DNA of 64,000 bases from Hemiscyllium ocellatum (taxonomy: Eukaryota): contig NW_026867487.1 of NCBI RefSeq assembly GCF_020745735.1, positions 3,472,001 to 3,536,000 on the forward strand. The letters are read 5' to 3'. Both the position numbers and the translations under genes were made by a program. Below, in pieces: positions 10,595-23,329 of the stretch (position 1 is the stretch's first letter; every line of letters starts with the position of its first letter). Below the pieces are notes generated by a model, which was not told the DNA's origin, made no database searches, and saw only the letters and a program-made list of their open reading frames with translations.

Positions 10595-12620
10595 ATATAA
10601 AGCATAGCAACCGACCCTTTGGCCCACCATTGATGTGCTGACTAAGATGCCATTCTAAACTGGTCCCATCTGCCTGCATTTTACTGATACCCCACTATTC
10701 CCTACCTATTCATTTGTATGCCTGAATATTTCACAAGCCTTGGTGTCATTTCTGCATTCCAGGCACTCACCACCTTCCGTGTGATAAACTGTCCTTGCAA
10801 ACATTCCCCCTCGTACCATCTACTTAACCCTCTAACATTTCACATTTACTGTCTCGGAGTAAAAGACTCTGTCTGTTCATGTATTTCTACATATGTTAAT
10901 TATGTGTACTTCTGTCTGGTCGCCATACAGCTTTGGACTCTCTAGTGAAAATAACCCTAGTTGCCAAACCTCTCCATACCAATTCAGGCAATATCCTTGT
11001 TAACACTTTTTGCACTGATTGCAAAGCCTGTATATCCTTCCTGTAACTTGGCGAACACTTAGACACACACACATATCCAAATATGGTCTTCCTGAAGTTT
11101 TATACAGCTACAGTTTGACTTTTCACCATTTTAATCAATATTGAAAGCATTGATGGCAACCATGCCAGATGTTTTCTTGACCGTCTTATACATTTGTATT
11201 ACCACGTTTAGTGAGCTAAGGACTTGCACTCCAGAATGTCTTGTATATATCGATGTAGTGAAGGCTCCTGCTATTTACTACATTCTTTTCTCTGGCATTT
11301 GACCTATCAAAGTATATCACAAAACACTTATCTGGATTAAACTTCAGATGCTATTTCTGTGTCCAACTTTCCAACCGCCCTGCAGGCTGCTATATCCTTT
11401 ATCACCCTTCAACACGACTTATATTTTCACCAATTTAGGTGTTCTCTGAAAACACACCTATCAAACCATCTACAATTTCATCCAAAATGCTTGTATATTT
11501 TGTAAACTAAAGAGGTCCCACCAACCACCAATGTGCAATCATAAAAAAGTGAAACAACTCTCCACATATACCCTCTGTCTTCTATGATAAACCAATTATT
11601 TTTCCAACTGAACTAACACATCGTCAATCCCATAGGACCTCATGTTCTGGACAAGCCTATCATAAGCAAATTTATCAAATGCTTTAGCAAAGTCCACGGA
11701 GGTAAAATAACTGCCCAATTCCCATCAAACATCGTTGCCACCTCCTAAAATAACCGAATACGTTTCTGAGATAAGAAACCATCTGCTCCTCTCAAACCCA
11801 AGCTGACTATCCCTAACAAATGCATTTCTATGTGGAGCAATTATATCCCTGTTCTTAGAAAGGAACTTCGATAATTTCGCTACCACTGATGTAACGTTCC
11901 ACCATCCATAGTTTCGTGGAATATCCATATTTCCCTTCAAAAGCAAAGTAACAATATTAGTCATTCTCTAGTCTAATGGGACCTCACCTGTTGGTTATTA
12001 CAATATAAACGTCTCCATCAGGGCATTAACTATCAAGTTCCTTGCCTTCCTCAGCATTCTGTTAAAAATCTCATTATGCACTGCGGTGTTTTCCGTATTA
12101 ATGCTTTTAAAAAGGCTCAGTAAATCACTCTTCTTCATCTGGATACATTCTATAACACCTCACCCAAATCTTCTCCGGTAAAAATCACTGCAAAATACTC
12201 AATAACGACCCACTGACCTCCTTGGTTTTCAAGTATAAATTGCCTCCCTTGTCCTTGAGTGGGCCGATTCTTTGCACAACAGTTCCCTTACTACAAATTA
12301 TTGCATAAAATTCCTTGGGATTCCGTTTAGTCGCACGACAAACGACATTTCTTGGCGTACTTTTGCCCTTCGAAGTCCTTATTTAATTTCGTTCCAAATC
12401 CCTTTGCAATTTTTCAAGGACCTGGTCTTATTTCATCTTCTAAACCTTGCATATGCTTCCTTTTCATTTTGAATAAATTTTATATAATTCTTTCATTCCA
12501 GTAATCCTGAATCTCTCCATCTTTATAGTTCTTCTGCCCGCGAAGGTGCTGCTCTTGAACTGAAATCAACTGCCGATATAGCCTCTTAATTCTCACTTAT
12601 GAATTTATCCGTAAAACGTT
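10595..12620 (-). mobile_element. Decayed CR1-clade LINE (RT plus 3' end)
   Basis: Minus strand encodes VDFAKAFDK near 11680-11705; CR1-type 3' tail at about 10600-10750; many stops and frameshifts. Confidence 0.75.
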
Positions 12621-12680
12621 TCCCCAATCTAAATTCTGCAGTTCTAATCCGACACAGATGTAATTAGACTCTGAGACAAA

Positions 12681-12733
12681 TACCTACCTATCGATCGATC
12701 GATCTATCTATCTATCTATCGATCTATCTATCG

Positions 12734-12780
<47 letters not shown>
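12681..12780 (+). repeat. (TATC)n / (GATC) tetranucleotide microsatellite
   Basis: About 25 tetramer units read directly. Confidence 0.95.
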
Positions 12781-13000
12781 AATCTCCCTCCACAATCAGT
12801 CATGTTACTTTGTAGTTTCCCGTTTGTGTGTTATCAATTCAGACAGGCTCTCCTGAGGATAAAAATGACTCGGCATTTTCTTGGAAAATTGGGTTAATTA
12901 ACAGAAGTTTGGAGAAACTAACAGGCACTCTTCATTTCGGGAGATAAGTCACAGAGAAGAAATTTTCTAATTATCTGAATATCAACTATTTCACATGGTA

Positions 13001-13160
13001 AAGAATTCTGTGCTTGCGGAACATGGTAACGACCATATGTACATCCAGTATTGGAGTAGGCCAAAAACCTTCGGAGTCTGCTTCATCACGGCTTATCAAC
13101 TTTTAAACTCTTTGCCAAATCCCTTATTATTTCCGGTAGTTTATTATTATGTAATGACGA
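13001..13160 (+). pseudogene. Possible internally deleted V relic related to the 17.2 kb V
   Basis: KNSV...MYIQYW...VVYYYVM. TGTACATCCAGTAT and GGAGTCTGC match the 17.2 kb V nucleotide sequence; about half of a V is missing and there is no RSS. Confidence 0.35.
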
Positions 13161-15519
13161 ATACAACTACTTCTCTTTAAAAATCCTTGAAGCTTCTCTA
13201 TTCTGTATCCGCTGTCTTTTGATGAAGGGAATTCCAGAGTATCCCAACACTCTAAGAGAGCAAAAAAAAACGAATTTCTCTCTTAACTGAGTTCTGTTCT
13301 TGTTTAGAAAACTATAACCATTGTTTCTAGGTTCTCCCATAAGAAGAAATATCTGCTCCACATCCATGTTAGCAAATCCCCTCAGGATATTTAAATATAT
13401 CAATTGTGACGCCTTTGACTCTTGTAAAATTCAGAAGATATAGGGCCGATTTGTTTATCATCTCTTCAAAAAGTAAGCAATCTGTCAGCTGTGAGTCCAT
13501 GTGGAATTTTATAAATTCCGACTTTGAAAATAGAGCCAGTCTGACTCAACGTTGGGATGCAGCCAAACTCTAATCTCACACCTTTAATGCATTGCCTGAG
13601 CTGAGATGTTTTCTCGGGAACGTGGCTTGAATGAAGTTCTGTGAGTTGCATATTAATGAATCAAAGCCTGCATCTCTATTGCAGGTGATTAAATACTTAA
13701 CAGCAATCTAGGTTTCTTAATACATCTCATCAATTTTACGGCATTTTAATATTTTATGATAAAATCTGCATCCCATGATCCTGCCCGACTTGCTACCTGG
13801 CGAACGAGCTGCGCTGTGAAAGCATGTACTTCCAAATAAACCTGTTGGACTATAACTTAGCCGTATCTGGTTTTTAACTAAGAAAATACAGAACGATATT
13901 TGTGAACTTAATATGAATGAACAATTGAAAGGCGTATTTGAACGTGTGTTGTTGTTCAATGTTGCGAGGTCTTTTCAATTTGGCACAAAGATGATAACTG
14001 TGGTGTGTATTGCGTTTAATGAGGATAGTGCTCCTCCGTCAGTTTGTTGAGATTAGGATGGTAAGGCTGTCGGTATCTCCTCTCTGACAGGGATTTGGTT
14101 ATAGTCTGTGGATGATCATTGCACAGTGGTAGATGGCAATACTTGTAAATCCAATGTCTCTGATTGCCAAAGCGCTGTGTTTTTGAATTGAATTGAATTT
14201 ACTGTCCCGTGTACTGAGGCAGACCGAATCTTACCTCTGGTAATGCTGTCCAAGCCGATTGAAAGAATTTGTGTCTCCCATCCACCACGGTGCTGGTACT
14301 AGTTCACGAAACTGAGCAATATGTGCAGGCTGCGGTCTCTTCTACAGCCACAACTTTCTTAGGCGACAGTGCCATCAGATCTACTCTTTGGTCATGAGCT
14401 CATTAACATGAAATGAGAAAACAGGGAGAAAGAGTGAGAGGGGGGTGACAGGCCAAATATCCAGCTACCTGGAAAGACTTCTTATTTCCCAACGGGGAAA
14501 TAGATCGTTCGTCCCAACGAGTTCATACTGGTCAATTGTCGAATGCATTGTTTTTTCTCAAACTGTACAATTGGCTGTCTTTTCATTTTTCTCCCTTAAT
14601 CTTGTAAATTCATGCTGAAAAAACATGTTTTTTCAGTATTTGGATTTACTGTATTTAACTCCATCCCATTATGTGTCAGAATCTCAGTTTCTCTCTTTAC
14701 ACTGAGTGAAAATATATTCCATACGTTATTCAATTATCTAAATTGCGATTGGGTGATTTATTCTCTTTGTGGGTGTGGGCGTAACTCGGTGGGTGAACAG
14801 TTGCAACTGAATTCTAAATCCATAGAGAAGTTGGTAGTCGTGAGCAGCTTTTGCAAATTGGTAAATCCCTTGGCCTGCAGGTTGACTCACAATGCATTTT
14901 GGAGAGAAATTCCAGGATTTTGATCCAACGAAAATGACTACACAGTGATTCATTTTGAAGTCAGGATGGCGAATGGCTCGAAATGGAAGCTGCAGGTGCC
15001 GTGTTCTTGTGTATCTACTGCCTTTTTTCCTTCTTGAACTTAATGGTCGTTGATTTTCAAGATGCTGTTAACATTTTTCAATCTCCCATCACTCAAAATA
15101 ATAAAGCATATATTTTAAAAACTGGTTTGTCTCAACTTGTAAATGTGAAACATTGCATTCATGTTCAGGGTGAGAGTCTGAAGTGCAACTCACCTGGGAT
15201 GTTTTCATTCAGCTTGAAGATATTGATACGTCTATATTCATGTTTATTGACACGAGTACACCATGGAAATAAACAGGAACTCTCCTCTTTTCAGTGCATA
15301 AGAGGCTGCAGCTCAATATGCACTTTTTAAACTTTCACCCACATACGAACCGAAAAGCAAAACCTGGGGTATCTTGCACACCACATTATTTCAGCATAGA
15401 GGAATCAGCAAAAGAATCACTATGAAAATGCAGATGAGCAGATGCGCCCAGAAATTAAGATTGAATGCGAAAACTCTAGATTTTCTTGTTCTATTGTCAA
15501 TTCCAATCCCAATTAACAT

Positions 15520-15830
15520 GAGTTTGATTTCAATGACAGAGAGGAACTGTATAGGGACACTCTTTCCTGGAGCGTGGGGGCCTGAGGGTGACAGGAGGGG
15601 CATGGACAGGACAAATAGACATGTCATTTTCCCTGGTGTGGGTCGAGTCCAAACCTCAAGGGCACAGGTTCAATGTGAGATGGGAAAGTTTTGAAAGAGA
15701 CCTGAGAGGCAACATTTTCACAGAAAGAGTGGTGTGTGTATGGATTCGTCACAGAATCTCAACGATTCATGCCTGGAATGGAGATCACATCCAGATTGAA
15801 ATATTGTATTCTGACATTCGTATAAGATAG
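15520..15830 (+). mobile_element. CR1 LINE 3' fragment
   Basis: GGGCACAGGTTCAATGTGAGATGGGAAAG...GGCAACATTTTCACAGAAAGAGTGGTG is typical of the CR1 ORF2 C-terminus. Confidence 0.7.
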
Positions 15831-17113
15831 AATTTAAAAGGAAAATTAAGCATATTTCTTGCACATTTACATGTTGGAAGCACCCGGCACCTCTCCCCCT
15901 TCAAAGAATCTACATGACTAATATCCACATTGTCGCTGTCCTCTCTTTAATAGGGTAGTTGGATATTTGAAGATTGCCATTGACTTAGTGGGAAAAAGGA
16001 ACACAGTGAATCACTCCTCTGAGTTCACACTCCTTAAGCGTCTTCCTGTTATTGACACTAGTGATTGCCACGATGCATGAGAGCCATATTTGAGGCAGCA
16101 TACATTTCTTTTTTGATACAACAGTGTTCCATTTAACTGGAAACTGAATGAATGTGACCTTGGAGGAAAAATAAATTCTTAATAGTCATTAGTATTTAGG
16201 CATCTCTTCAAAGATACCAATGGGCATTACTTTTTGTTGAATATATTCAAGACGGAATTCACTACAATTTTAGACGGCAAGGGAGAATATGCTGATGGAG
16301 AACAGGCAGGAAAGCAAAGTTGACACCTCATTTAGATCAGACTCACTCTATGTAAATGGAGAAGTGTGTTCGAAGTGCTGAATATCCAATGCCTGCTGTA
16401 ATTTTTGACAATTTTTCCGAAGATGTGTCTTTGAAAGCTTAATTGATATTTTCCTGTATGATTTCTGGACCTGTTGTCTATCGAAATATATCTTTACAAT
16501 GTGGTCACATGTCAAAGCAGATCCGATAGTCTGTCAGAGTCCGAAATTTTTCACATAAGTTTTCTAAGTAAAGTCAGCATTCTTCCTGCAAAAGGTGGCT
16601 GTTTTCGTCTGTAATTCTGTTCACTATCGGAAAATTACTTATCATTTCCTAGTTATACAGTAAACAGTAAACATTATTTGAGCAATAGACACATTTATCA
16701 TTGTCTAAGTATGACATTCAGCTTAAATTATTCCTTTATTTTACCTTGCATTTGTAGGAATATTCACTTATCTAAAGCTAGAGACATTGAATTTCAAAAT
16801 AAAAACCCTGTCAAATATTATTGATTCGAGAAAAGATACAGAAAGTCTGAAAATGTGAGTAAGATCAAGGGGATAAAAAAAGACACAATATCAACAAAGG
16901 ATGCGATTGGACAGGAGTAGTTGCCCTCAGTTAAATATGATTGGTCCCGGGGCAATGTAGAATCTGAGAAAGGAACAAATTGAAGCACGGATAAGTCTGC
17001 ACAGTTTCTGACTATGTAACGTCAGCTCTTGAGTTAAGTTGAGTCGCTGGTATCAGATGATAAGAAACAATATAATATTAAAAAACACACTATTTGCGAT
17101 CTAATCAGATACC

Positions 17114-17554
17114 ATGAATTTATTGTGCTGTGTCCTCATAATAGTAATCTTGCTGTCTGGTAAGTCTGAACTAAAATCGTCATTGTGTGTTTCCTGAACG
17201 ACACTTGCACAAAATTTGATACATTTAATTGTACTTATTTTTTGCAGAAACAAGCGGCCAAAATTCTGTTTCCCAACATCCGGTTAAATTGCAAATTCTG
17301 GAAGATCAAACCGCAACATTGAACTGTAGTTATACAACAAGGTATGCTGGAGAAACTCTCTTCTGGTACATCCAGTATCCTGGAAATTCTCCAAAATATA
17401 TACTGAAGAGATACGGAAAAGAACAAGGGATGGAGTCTGCGGACTTTTCCGATCGGTTTACTGCAAACTTGGATAAAGAGAACAGAATAGTTCCATTAAA
17501 TATCAGAGGGGTACGCATCTCTGACTCTGCCACCTATTTCTGTGCGCTGAGCCC
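17114..17554 (+). CDS. TCR alpha/delta V segment, apparently functional; leader 17114-17159, V exon 17248-17554
   Basis: Leader MNLLCCVLIIVILLS, GTAAGT donor, 88-nt intron. Open exon NSVSQHPVKLQILEDQTATLNCSY...LFWYIQYPGNSPKYIL...DSATYFCALSP. CRE-like TAACGTCA at 17017-17024. Confidence 0.93.
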
Positions 17555-17593
17555 CACAATAATACGGAGGTACATTCAGCATATACAAAAACG
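17555..17593 (+). other. RSS, 23-bp spacer
   Basis: CACAATA + 23 nt + ACAAAAACG. Confidence 0.9.
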
Positions 17594-18469
17594 AGCCATC
17601 CACTCTCACCTCCATTTTCTTGATCTGATCCGTGAGCTGAATCATGAACCATAAGTAAAATAAAAACGTACTTTAAAAGAGGTTGCCCAATTGTTAATTT
17701 TTGTTGTGTCAATTGCGCAATGTTTCATTTTATGTTGGTGTGATCACTTTATACTGATAGGGAACAGATCATTTGTATCGACAGACTGTGTCACTCATCC
17801 ACTGATGATCGTTTATATTTCCATGAAATCAGAGATTGACCTAGATAAAGAGCAAAATTGATGTTAATTTCTCGCTGATTGTCATTTGTTATACACTTGT
17901 GAGGAGACGTTGTTCATTCACTGTGTTTATTTAAGACTGGTGTTGATAAATTTCCAAATATTGAGGAAATTACAATTTTGGGAATATTGCAAGATCATTA
18001 ATTTGAAAGGATAATTGAAGTTATTCAATAGCCAGGGAGAGTCGCAGGGCCAAGTGCCCTCCTTGAGTGCCTATTCTTTGTGCTCTAATGGCTAAGACAA
18101 AGGAGCTGAAAACTGATTGGCTATCACTTGTCGACTCTGACAGGAACGCATCAACTTACAGCAGGACTAGAGACGACTCAACACCATCCAGATTCAGATC
18201 GGAAGCCACTCAGTTCCTACTCGACCTGGACAAATTTACTATCTGTTCAGCGTACGTTAATGGTGGGGATTTACTAATTTTTCACTCCTTCCGCCCTCTT
18301 GTCATGTAACACAACAATTTCAACGATTCCTATTGCCATCAATACTATTCAAGGAACCTCCATTTTACTTGCATTTTCTTGCTTCTTGCATCAGATCAGC
18401 TTGCCTCAAAATGTTAATATCACACAATAATAACTTCAAAAATGCTCCCCCCGCCCCATCTCAATGCAG

Positions 18470-18545
18470 GTCGTAATTGTGCAGACTCAGTCTCACAGAA
18501 CCCAGTTGCTGTGGTACAGTTTGAAATTTCAACATATATCTTAAA
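18470..18545 (+). pseudogene. 5' fragment of a TCR V exon
   Basis: After a TGCAG acceptor: GRNCADSVSQNPVAVVQFEISTYILN; similarity ends before Cys23. Confidence 0.55.
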
Positions 18546-19246
18546 TTTATTACCCGTGCTTCCCGTTGGGGAACATAAGTGCTTTTGCATTTATCTCGTG
18601 ACAAAATGGTGACTATAACATTCACCTTTTCGACTGTTATTGTTTCATAAACATTTCAATGCTCGAAAACTCCCATCTTTACAATCTAATTCCTTAAATG
18701 CAGTGGGTTTAGTGAGCAGATTTTCTGTACTCATCAGCATATTGAGAGGAGAGGGATTTTTCATCGATTGAGAAACTGTTTCAGTGGGACAAAGATAATA
18801 GAATAGTAGACAGATTAGGGAGCAACACAGATATTTTAGTGTGAAGCACTGATTTCAGACAAATCTAAATACCAACAACAGATGCAGCATTCATGAACCT
18901 ACTACAGTTTCTTTTGCATTGAGTACATTCTAAACACAATTCACAATTTTCATTAGGTACTGCACACAATTTCACATTTTGAAGGTATTGCAACATCAGT
19001 TTTGACTCGAAATATCGGTTCCAGCTCTAAACGAAGATGGACGAAAAATTAATCATGGAAGCAAGTGAAACTTCATGTATATATTGAAACTTTACTGATG
19101 TGTGGATATTTCACAAAATACTTCTTCAATTTGTCTTTTGTGTTCATGTGGCTTTCAGATCATCTGCTTTGCTGCCGTCAAAATGTCACATGATCTTTAT
19201 AGTTTTTCCTCTATTAACCATTGTTTAACAGCTTTTATTAAAGGTG

Positions 19247-19560
19247 TCTTGGTAGCATTGCTGCCTCTCATTGCTAGGGAACCTGGTTCGATTCTTGCCT
19301 CACGTGACTGTCTATACTGAGGTTGCACAGTCTCCCCATATCTGGTTGGGTTTCCTCTGGGTGCTCTGCTTTCTTCCCTCAATCCAAAGAAGTGCAGGTC
19401 ACCTGATATCGCTATGCTACTTTGGGCATAGTGTTAGGTGCATTATTCAGTGGTGAATGTTGGGTATGAGAATGAGTCTGAGTGGGTTACTCTTCAGAGG
19501 ATGAGTGTGGATTTGATGGGTCGATTCGTCTGTTTTCATACTGTAGGGAATCTAATGAAA
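19247..19560 (+). mobile_element. Old HE1-type SINE
   Basis: Diverged head (GGTAGCATTGCTGCCTC...GGTTCGATTC) and core (GGGTTTCCTCTGGGTGCTCTGCTTTC). Confidence 0.75.
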
Positions 19561-19984
19561 TGCAACAATTCAATTCCTTTTTGTTTGTATGAAAATAATT
19601 TTTCACTTTAGCATAACGTATTGAAAGCAAAAGTACTCTTTCCTCTGACAACACTTCTCTTGACAACAACTGGACATGTCTGTCACTCCCTTTAGATGAC
19701 CTGCTTCGTATCACTCCTTATATGAATGGGATAGTCCTACAGTTCTCCAAAGAAGCAGTAGGTAATTCTGTCCTCATACAGTGAATAAAATATTTAGAAT
19801 CGATATTCGATGTGACAGGTTTCATTAATGTTTTGGTGCATAGTAACAATTCTTATGCATTCAGTAATGTACTGAATTTTTATTGTCTGACTCCCTGTTA
19901 TAAACAGCCCTTAATGGGAACATCTGTGACCCAGAAACCTGCGAATGTTATTATATGAGACTTTCGTTCATTCTTGCCACTGTG

Positions 19985-20288
19985 AGTCTCATTTCACAGT
20001 AGTAAACAGAGATGTCAGAAAGCTGTAGGTCAGAGATATCCAGTAGGTACATCTTGCCTGACTGCTGGAAAGTATCATAAAACCGGGTTCGAGCATAATT
20101 TGTCTTAAATAAATCGCTACTGCTCGTGTACATCAGGATGGCAAACTCAGGCTGCCTTCCTGGAAAGTGCTGGTACCAGAATAAATAATAAGCATCGCCA
20201 GTGTAATTTCAGCTTAAAGTAGCAATGTCTCCTTCGGGATGTGTGAGTGAGGGCTCAACCTGCGTAACTGGATTTCCATCGCACTGTT
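19985..20288 (-). pseudogene. TCR alpha/delta V pseudogene (Cys23 to TGA)
   Basis: NPVTQVEPSLTHPEGDIATLS*NYTGDAYYLFWYQHFPGRQPEF...DISVYYCEMRL. Stop at 20211-20209. RSS 19984-19946 is CACAGTG/23/ATAATAACA (poor nonamer). Confidence 0.88.
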
Positions 20289-20995
20289 CTGGAACGTGGT
20301 GTTAAAGAAAACGGAAATAATTAGCGAAATTTTTAACTGAACAGGACCAATGAGAAAGAAAATGCATTTTGTTCATAATAAAAATAAATGAATATTCGAG
20401 GAGAAAATAACAAATTAGTTTTTCTGTCCTAGTTGGTGCTTACATATCCAACGAGACTTCTCCTTTGCTACATTTGGTTCTGAAGTCTAGACATCCCGCT
20501 CTTGCTTATTGTCTCAACTGTCTATCGAAATTTGCATTCATATAGCTGGATAAATGATTCAGCATTTCGTTTTGGCACTGAGTTTCGTATTCTAAAGCGG
20601 AAAGAAGGTTTTTCTGAACTAGTAACCATTTATTCGCGTGTCTCATTTTTATGATCTACAATTTTGAAGTCACCGAAATGTAGAAATACCTTCTCCATTT
20701 CAAAGCATTGAAAAGCTTCACTGGTTTAAACATTTCTATGTAGTTTCACCCCAGCGCTCCCTTTGACATAGCAATGAAACTTAGTCTCTTTACTGTTTCC
20801 TTCGATAATTTGTATTCCTCATTCTAGTCTCATCATTATTATTCGTACTTAGATTGTGTTTTGTCTCTTCTCTTATACCGAAGGTTTTAAACCTGCTCAC
20901 AGTACCGGGTGTGGTTTCATCCAGAGCCCAACACTAGATAAAAATCTTGTTTCGCTAAAATTCAACTGTTTTGGTTAAAAAAAAGTCCCTCTTAC

Positions 20996-21041
20996 CGATG
21001 TTGAGAGTAGCAGAAATTAGAGCAAGAATGGGGATCTGCAT
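20996..21041 (-). other. V-type leader exon with intact promoter and donor, possibly serving the 20.0 kb pseudogene
   Basis: 46-nt MQIPILALISATLNI + G|GTAAGA. Upstream AGGAAGTGACATCA (21140-21127) and CCAATC (21169-21164). Confidence 0.65.
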
Positions 21042-21329
21042 GACTGCTGCCACAGAACACAAAGTGTTTGTTGTGTCTAAATAACATGCAGAATACGAGC
21101 AAAGGAAGCTGACAGCAAAGCTGGTATGATGTCACTTCCTGATAAAATGTGCTTATTTCAACTGATTGGTTGGTGCTGCTGTTGTAACCACAAGTCAGTG
21201 TTTGTGACGGAACTGAGATATTAACATCGTATTTCATGTTCAGAGAGAGAAACCGTAATAAACGTAGATAGTCTGATCTCTGATTGACCCAACGTTACCA
21301 CAAAATAAAGAACCCCCAGCCTCAGGTGA

Positions 21330-22810
21330 GGTTCCAGAGGACTGGAAATAGCCAATATTATTTCAATATTTCAGACTTGCTGCTGCGATAATCCATGAAA
21401 TTACAGGCCTATGCGCGTCACTTTAGTGGTAGGGGCATTATTGCAAATGTTGTCAGGGCTAAGATCTATATGCATTTAGAAGCACATGCACTTAGCTGCA
21501 CGAGATGACTTTCTCATGTTTTGCTGGGAAGTTTCTGCCTCAGTAGCTTGGTCAAAGTTTTGAGGAGGTGACGAAGATGACTGATGATGGAAAAATAGTT
21601 AGAGTTGTCTACATGGATTTCAGTAAATACTTTGACAAGATCCCTCATGGCAGACTTGTACAAAAGGTGAAGTCATATGACATCAAGTGTGAGCTGGCGA
21701 CATGAATGCAGAAATTCTTTAGTCATAAGGGAGTAATGGTTGCGGCGAAATGATAATTTTCTGAATAAAGGTTTGTGACAAGTGGTGTTCTACAGTGTTC
21801 AGTGCTGATACGTCTGCTGTTCGTCGTCACCATAAGTTATTTGGAGGAAAATGTGGCTGGTTGAATTAGTAAGCTTGTGGATCATATCAAGATTGGTGGA
21901 ATTAAAGATAGTGAGGAGTTTTGTTCCAAGTGCAAGACCAATAAAAAAAGTGCCAAGTTCAGTCTGAATATTTATGGAAGTGGTCAATACGAATACCGTT
22001 ACAATGTTTGAATTGCATTTGGATAGACATACGATTAGGAATCAATAGGATATAGATCAGTTGGACCATGTACGGAAAAATAGAAGATAGGATTTAATCC
22101 CATCAAATGTAAGGCGATATTTTGTGGATGGACAAATAAAGTTAGAAATTATACAGCGAATGATTGAACCCATAAACGTATGGTTATCCAAGGGAACTTG
22201 TATGTGCATTCCACAGATCATTGGAGATTTCAGTGCAAGTAATAATAAGTGTCTATGCCATGCTTGGTTTGATTGAAAGGGGAATTGGGTATAAAGATAG
22301 GCAGGTTGTTCAGCAGCCTTTTTGAACTTTAGTTAGGCCATACTTAGAATATTGATTACAGGCCTTATCTTCACACTATCAGAAGAATTTCTATGCTTTG
22401 GAAATGTTTCAAAAATATCTCGTGGTATCTTGTAAGTTATCTTTGAAGAAACAATTGGATAGACTGGGTTTGCTTTCATTGAAATGCTGGAGAGTTAGGG
22501 ATGACCTGATAGAATTTTTTCAGTTAATGAACGACATGGACCTATTGGAAAGCATGAGGCTGTTCCCAAGGTATAGGGGCAAATTAGTAGGCGGCACAGG
22601 TTCAAGGTGCGTTGTTGGGAAGGAGAGATGGGAGGGTGGAAGGATGTTTCAAACAGATGGGTCCGGCATGTTTTTTCACACAAAGGAAACCTAAAGCGGC
22701 CGGCCAGAGGGCGTGGTTGGAGCAGACCCAATAGCAGCTGTCAAGCAACAACTGGACGAATGCAAAATAGTTTGGCGCAGGCTTGGAAGGCCAAAGGGGC
22801 TGTTCCTTAG
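21330..22810 (+). mobile_element. Decayed CR1 LINE ORF2
   Basis: YMDFSKYFDKIPHGRL near 21610-21660; LDRLGLLSLKCWRVRDDLIE in ORF 22398-22694. Confidence 0.8.
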
Positions 22811-23329
22811 CTGTATTGTTCTTTGAACTTTGTTCTAAATTCTGATTGTTTAATATTTATGCAGATGTTCAATTTATTTCTCTTAGAGTTATACTCATTG
22901 AGTCAAAGAGTCATACAGCACCGAAACAAAGTCTTCACTTGAACTACACCATGCTGAGAATAATCTTAAACGAAACTAGACCCATGTGTTTGCTCCTGGC
23001 ACATATCACTTCAAACCTTTCCTATTCGTATATCTATGCAAATGTATTTTAAACATTGTAACTTTACTCGCATTCATCATTTACATAAATATTCAGGGCG
23101 AACGTGTCATAGTTTTTTGACCTTGCACTTGGAACAAAACAAGAGATACGTAATGTTATATTGTCGTGCCTTGATGACGTTTGAAAAAAAGTGGGAAAAT
23201 GCAAGGGCAGTGAATAGGAGAATCTTGGATATTAATATATATGGAGCGATCATCTTTGTTGGTCAACCTCAACCATTTTTTTGCAAACAATTCCTCACTG
23301 AAGTGTGGACGAATATTGAAATCTGAGTC

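Noticed and set aside
16440-16700. Minus-strand reading ALTCDHIVKIYFDRQQ resembling a V Cys-to-WYRQ stretch
   Set aside because: Trp absent, spacing too short, no leader, 3' end or RSS; not distinguishable from chance by eye.
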